Shown here piece by piece: positions 61,210 through 64,000 of a stretch of 64,000 nt of DNA (position 1 is its first letter; the number at the start of each line of letters is the position of its first letter). Source of the stretch: Minutocellus sp. GHC0000111. Its lineage: Eukaryota. The notes beneath the pieces were generated by a model. The model did not search any database and had not been told where the DNA came from. It saw only the letters and a program-made list of their open reading frames with translations. Made by a program: the position numbers and the translations under genes. The stretch spans positions 3,410,001-3,474,000 of the forward strand of contig OZ361260.1 in assembly GCA_977018835.1 (NCBI GenBank). The letters run 5' to 3'.

Positions 61210-62217
61210 ATGTCCTGTTCGAAGCAGAGCGAACCCACGCCCACCGAGGCTGCCGGCACTGACGCCAACGCTGACGCCTCGTCCCTGTCCTACAGCGAGG
61301 GTGCCAAGCTGCCCGAGAACGCACCGGCGTGGGCCGTGGCGGCCAGCGAACGGCTCAAGGAACGACGTGAGAACGGATACGTGCCCGACCTCGACGTCCC
61401 GCCCGGCGTCAAGCGCGTCCTCCTGCACAGCTGCTGCGCGCCGTGCAGTGGGGCCATGGTCGAGGAGATGTGCTCGTCCGACAAGCTCGACGAGGTGGTG
61501 GTCTTCTTTTACAACCCCAACATTCACCCTCGCAAGGAATACGAGATCCGCAAGGTGGAAAACAAGAAATTCTGTGAAAAGCTCGGCATCGAGTTTGTCG
61601 ACTGTGATTACGATCCTGAGAACTGGTATGATCGGATGAAGGGGATGGAATACGATCCCGAGCGTGGCAAGCGCTGTACCGAGTGCTTCGACATGCGGAT
61701 GGAACGGACGGCGTTGTATGCCCATGAGAATGGGTTCGATGCCATCGCCACGACCAATGCCACCAGCCGATATAAGGATGCCAAGCAGGTCGACGGTAGT
61801 GGGTACCGGGCCGCGGAGCGATATCCGGGTCTGCACTACTGGTGCAAGGACTGGCAGAGCGATGAAATGACGTTAAGGAAATATGAGATATCGGCCAAGG
61901 AGCACTTCTTCAAGCAGGAGTATTGCGGATGTTCGTATTCCTTGCGGGATTCCAACGATTGGCGCAAGGCCAACGGCATTCCCAAGATTGCGATTGGTGG
62001 AGACAAGGCTGGTCTGGGGGATCGCTACTTTAGCAACCCAATTGCTGATGCCGCCGAGGAGAGTCAGGATGTTGTGGATGAGTTCTTCAAGCAGGCCAAC
62101 GAAATTGCCGAAGTCGGACGAGATGTCAAGAAGAGAAAGGAGGCACTGTCGGTCTACAAGGACAGGCGTAAGAATGAAGCGGCCGATGGCAGGCTGGATG
62201 GTCTGAATAACTGGTGA
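61210..62217 (+). CDS. queH: Epoxyqueuosine reductase QueH (DUF208), intronless
   Basis: LLHSCCAPCS, FFYNPNIHP..EY..RK.EN, PERG.RC..CFDMRMERTALYAHENGF and KQEYCGCSYSLRD. Confidence 0.92.
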   Translation: MSCSKQSEPTPTEAAGTDANADASSLSYSEGAKLPENAPAWAVAASERLKERRENGYVPDLDVPPGVKRVLLHSCCAPCSGAMVEEMCSSDKLDEVVVFFYNPNIHPRKEYEIRKVENKKFCEKLGIEFVDCDYDPENWYDRMKGMEYDPERGKRCTECFDMRMERTALYAHENGFDAIATTNATSRYKDAKQVDGSGYRAAERYPGLHYWCKDWQSDEMTLRKYEISAKEHFFKQEYCGCSYSLRDSNDWRKANGIPKIAIGGDKAGLGDRYFSNPIADAAEESQDVVDEFFKQANEIAEVGRDVKKRKEALSVYKDRRKNEAADGRLDGLNNW

Positions 62218-62533
62218 TAAAGGCAGGCAGGTAGAACACTTTAACGAATAAGCAAGTCGTATCTATCCATTAAAAATGCTTATACCCGGCGCCTGACGTG
62301 TAAGAATGCACATCACCAGAGAGTATTGTCCTCCCAAATCAGCGCAAATTATAACACGCCGGCTGCACTAGTAGCGCAAAAGAAAAGCCCAAGCAGGTGT
62401 ACAGGATTCGCATCCGTCGGCATTATCGCCCGCGGATGGCATCCATCGTCGCGTCTCAGCCCGGCACTTTTTCCCTGGTTCATACACTCATTCATTCATT
62501 CATTCAAATGTAAGTCAGCTCAGCTCCGCACTT

Positions 62534-63793
62534 TTAGAAGACGACGTCCTCGTCATCCTGAGCATCAAATTGCGCCGTGATATCCGCACTGTGCTCCTTT
62601 CCGACGGACTTTCCAGATTTGAGCGCCACCTTCTTCTCGGCCTCCTTCCGCTTCAACTCCTCTTCGATCTCGCTTTCCTTCTTTCCTTGCACAAGCTTCA
62701 GCCGGGTGAAATCTGTATTGATTCGATAATTGGATGGCATAGAGACAAATTGGTGAGCGAATAGCATATGATAAAAGATTTACGAAGATATATCAAGATC
62801 ACACAGCCAAAGCAACACATGATGATAGCACATAATAAAAACTCACCCTCACGCTCAAGCTCATCGAGCTCCCTGGAAATGTAATCCAAAACAGCCTGAA
62901 TCTTGGGGATGGTCACATTCTCCAAAGCATTGACACGACGGTTGGTCACCTTTAGTGCCTCGTCCAAGGTAACGAAACTGGTTTGCAAACTGGCCAACTT
63001 GATGAGCATTTCGATAAAGTTGGTAAACTTGTCCCGGACGTTCTGAATTTCTTACCACCGCCGACCAGACCGAGGGATTGGTTGTCGGCCGTCGCACCGG
63101 TCTCGTACAGGGTGAAGACGGGGATCTTGACACCGGCGACGTTGTCGACGCCGGCCCCGACGCGGATCCGGGCCGTCATGGGACCCTCGGCCACCTTGTT
63201 CTTGAAGTTGCCCGCGGCGTATTCGGCCTGGGTCAGCGAGAAGAAGGCCGAGGCGGCGTCGGACGACATGTTGGCCTTGGTCTCGGCGATTGCTTTGGCA
63301 TAGTCACGGAATTTTACCTGGAGATGAGTTGGATTGGATATAATATCGAGGATGTGGGTGAGATTTTAAGGTATTGGTATGGATGTAGTTGAGGGACGAG
63401 CAGGCGGAGTTGTGTTTCCGTCGGCCCCACGCCGCATGCTGCCGCCGCATCAAATCGTAGCACAAAACTGTTCTGCAGATACCAGCTGCAATTGAACAAC
63501 CACCAGGACACCCGCACCCACAACCCATAAAATGACGACAAGAGTGCGGCTTGGGCCGCCTACCACCCTGCCTTGTCCCAGTTCACATGCTGCAAAACCA
63601 ACGCCGGGGAAGCATCCGGCATTTATTTTTCATCATCCACCATCCGAACACATCATCATGCCAGATTTTTCTCCAAGAATCTCACCTTGAGCGCATCGGC
63701 CTTCTTCTTCAGCAGCTTGTATCCACCCTCGGCGGCCTTCTTCTTGACCTTGAAGATCTGCTGGTTCATACGCGTTGGCGGTACCTCCGACAT
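62534..63793 (-). CDS. ATP6V1D: V-type H+-ATPase subunit D; introns 63318-63685 and 62713-62846; 1-nt frameshift at ~63050
   Basis: PTRMN...GYKLLKKKADALK, DNVAGVKIP, LIKLASLQTSFVTLDEALKVTNRRVNALENVTIP and ELDELEREDFTRLK. Confidence 0.97.
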
Positions 63794-64000
63794 GGTTGCG
63801 GTTCTCTCTATTCTCTCCTCTCTGGACCAAAATGGCGTCGCCAAATTTGGGTTGGAAGTTTGGGAAAGGGGGTCGAAAACCGGGAGATTGGAAAATGAAT
63901 TTTCTGTAGGTCTAATTCGTCTGGCCGTCGCCACGTTCTGCCGTTCTGCCGTCATAACCGCAGAAGCAGGGCGGTAGGAATATCGTTCCAGTTGCATTCT

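Noticed and set aside
63040..63060. Recurrent frameshifts in genes (3570, 16250, 23100, 35545, 41975, 43745, 63050) as programmed frameshifting or mass pseudogenisation
   Set aside because: Nearly all are 1-nt indels in homopolymers or short repeats, including in essential V-ATPase D. This is typical of unpolished long-read assembly.

Overview
Eukaryotic nuclear DNA, very likely from a diatom. The evidence is GT-AG introns, a fucoxanthin-chlorophyll LHC gene, bipartite (A/G)F-type plastid presequences and a CoDi-like Copia gag. About 25 compact genes (PSMA3, SET methyltransferase, LHC, CTP synthase, ADC synthase, HHL1, TALE homeobox, MBD-DDT-WHIM chromatin factor, TMTC, ARL1, QueH, V-ATPase D and others) surround a transposon-rich island at ~18.8-33.3 kb and a second copy of one transposon at 58.3-60.9 kb. 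The main signal is in the repeats. Three copies of a Chapaev/CMC-like element, a tandem duplication and a Copia gag relic show a strand-symmetric TpA -> TpG/CpA substitution pattern (Tyr->Cys/His, loss of a TAA stop, near-total TpA depletion with CpG retained). This suggests repeat-targeted A-to-G hypermutation, the reverse of fungal RIP. Other notable items are a TIR/TSD-bounded Chapaev-like element with a fold-back derivative and possible 4-bp excision footprints (one inside ARL1), a bacterial-type QueH, a UBA + herpes-tegument-like deubiquitinase, and a beta-trefoil + ISG12/IFI27 fusion. Many single-base frameshifts in conserved genes are probably assembly errors. All counts are by hand and no database searches were run.
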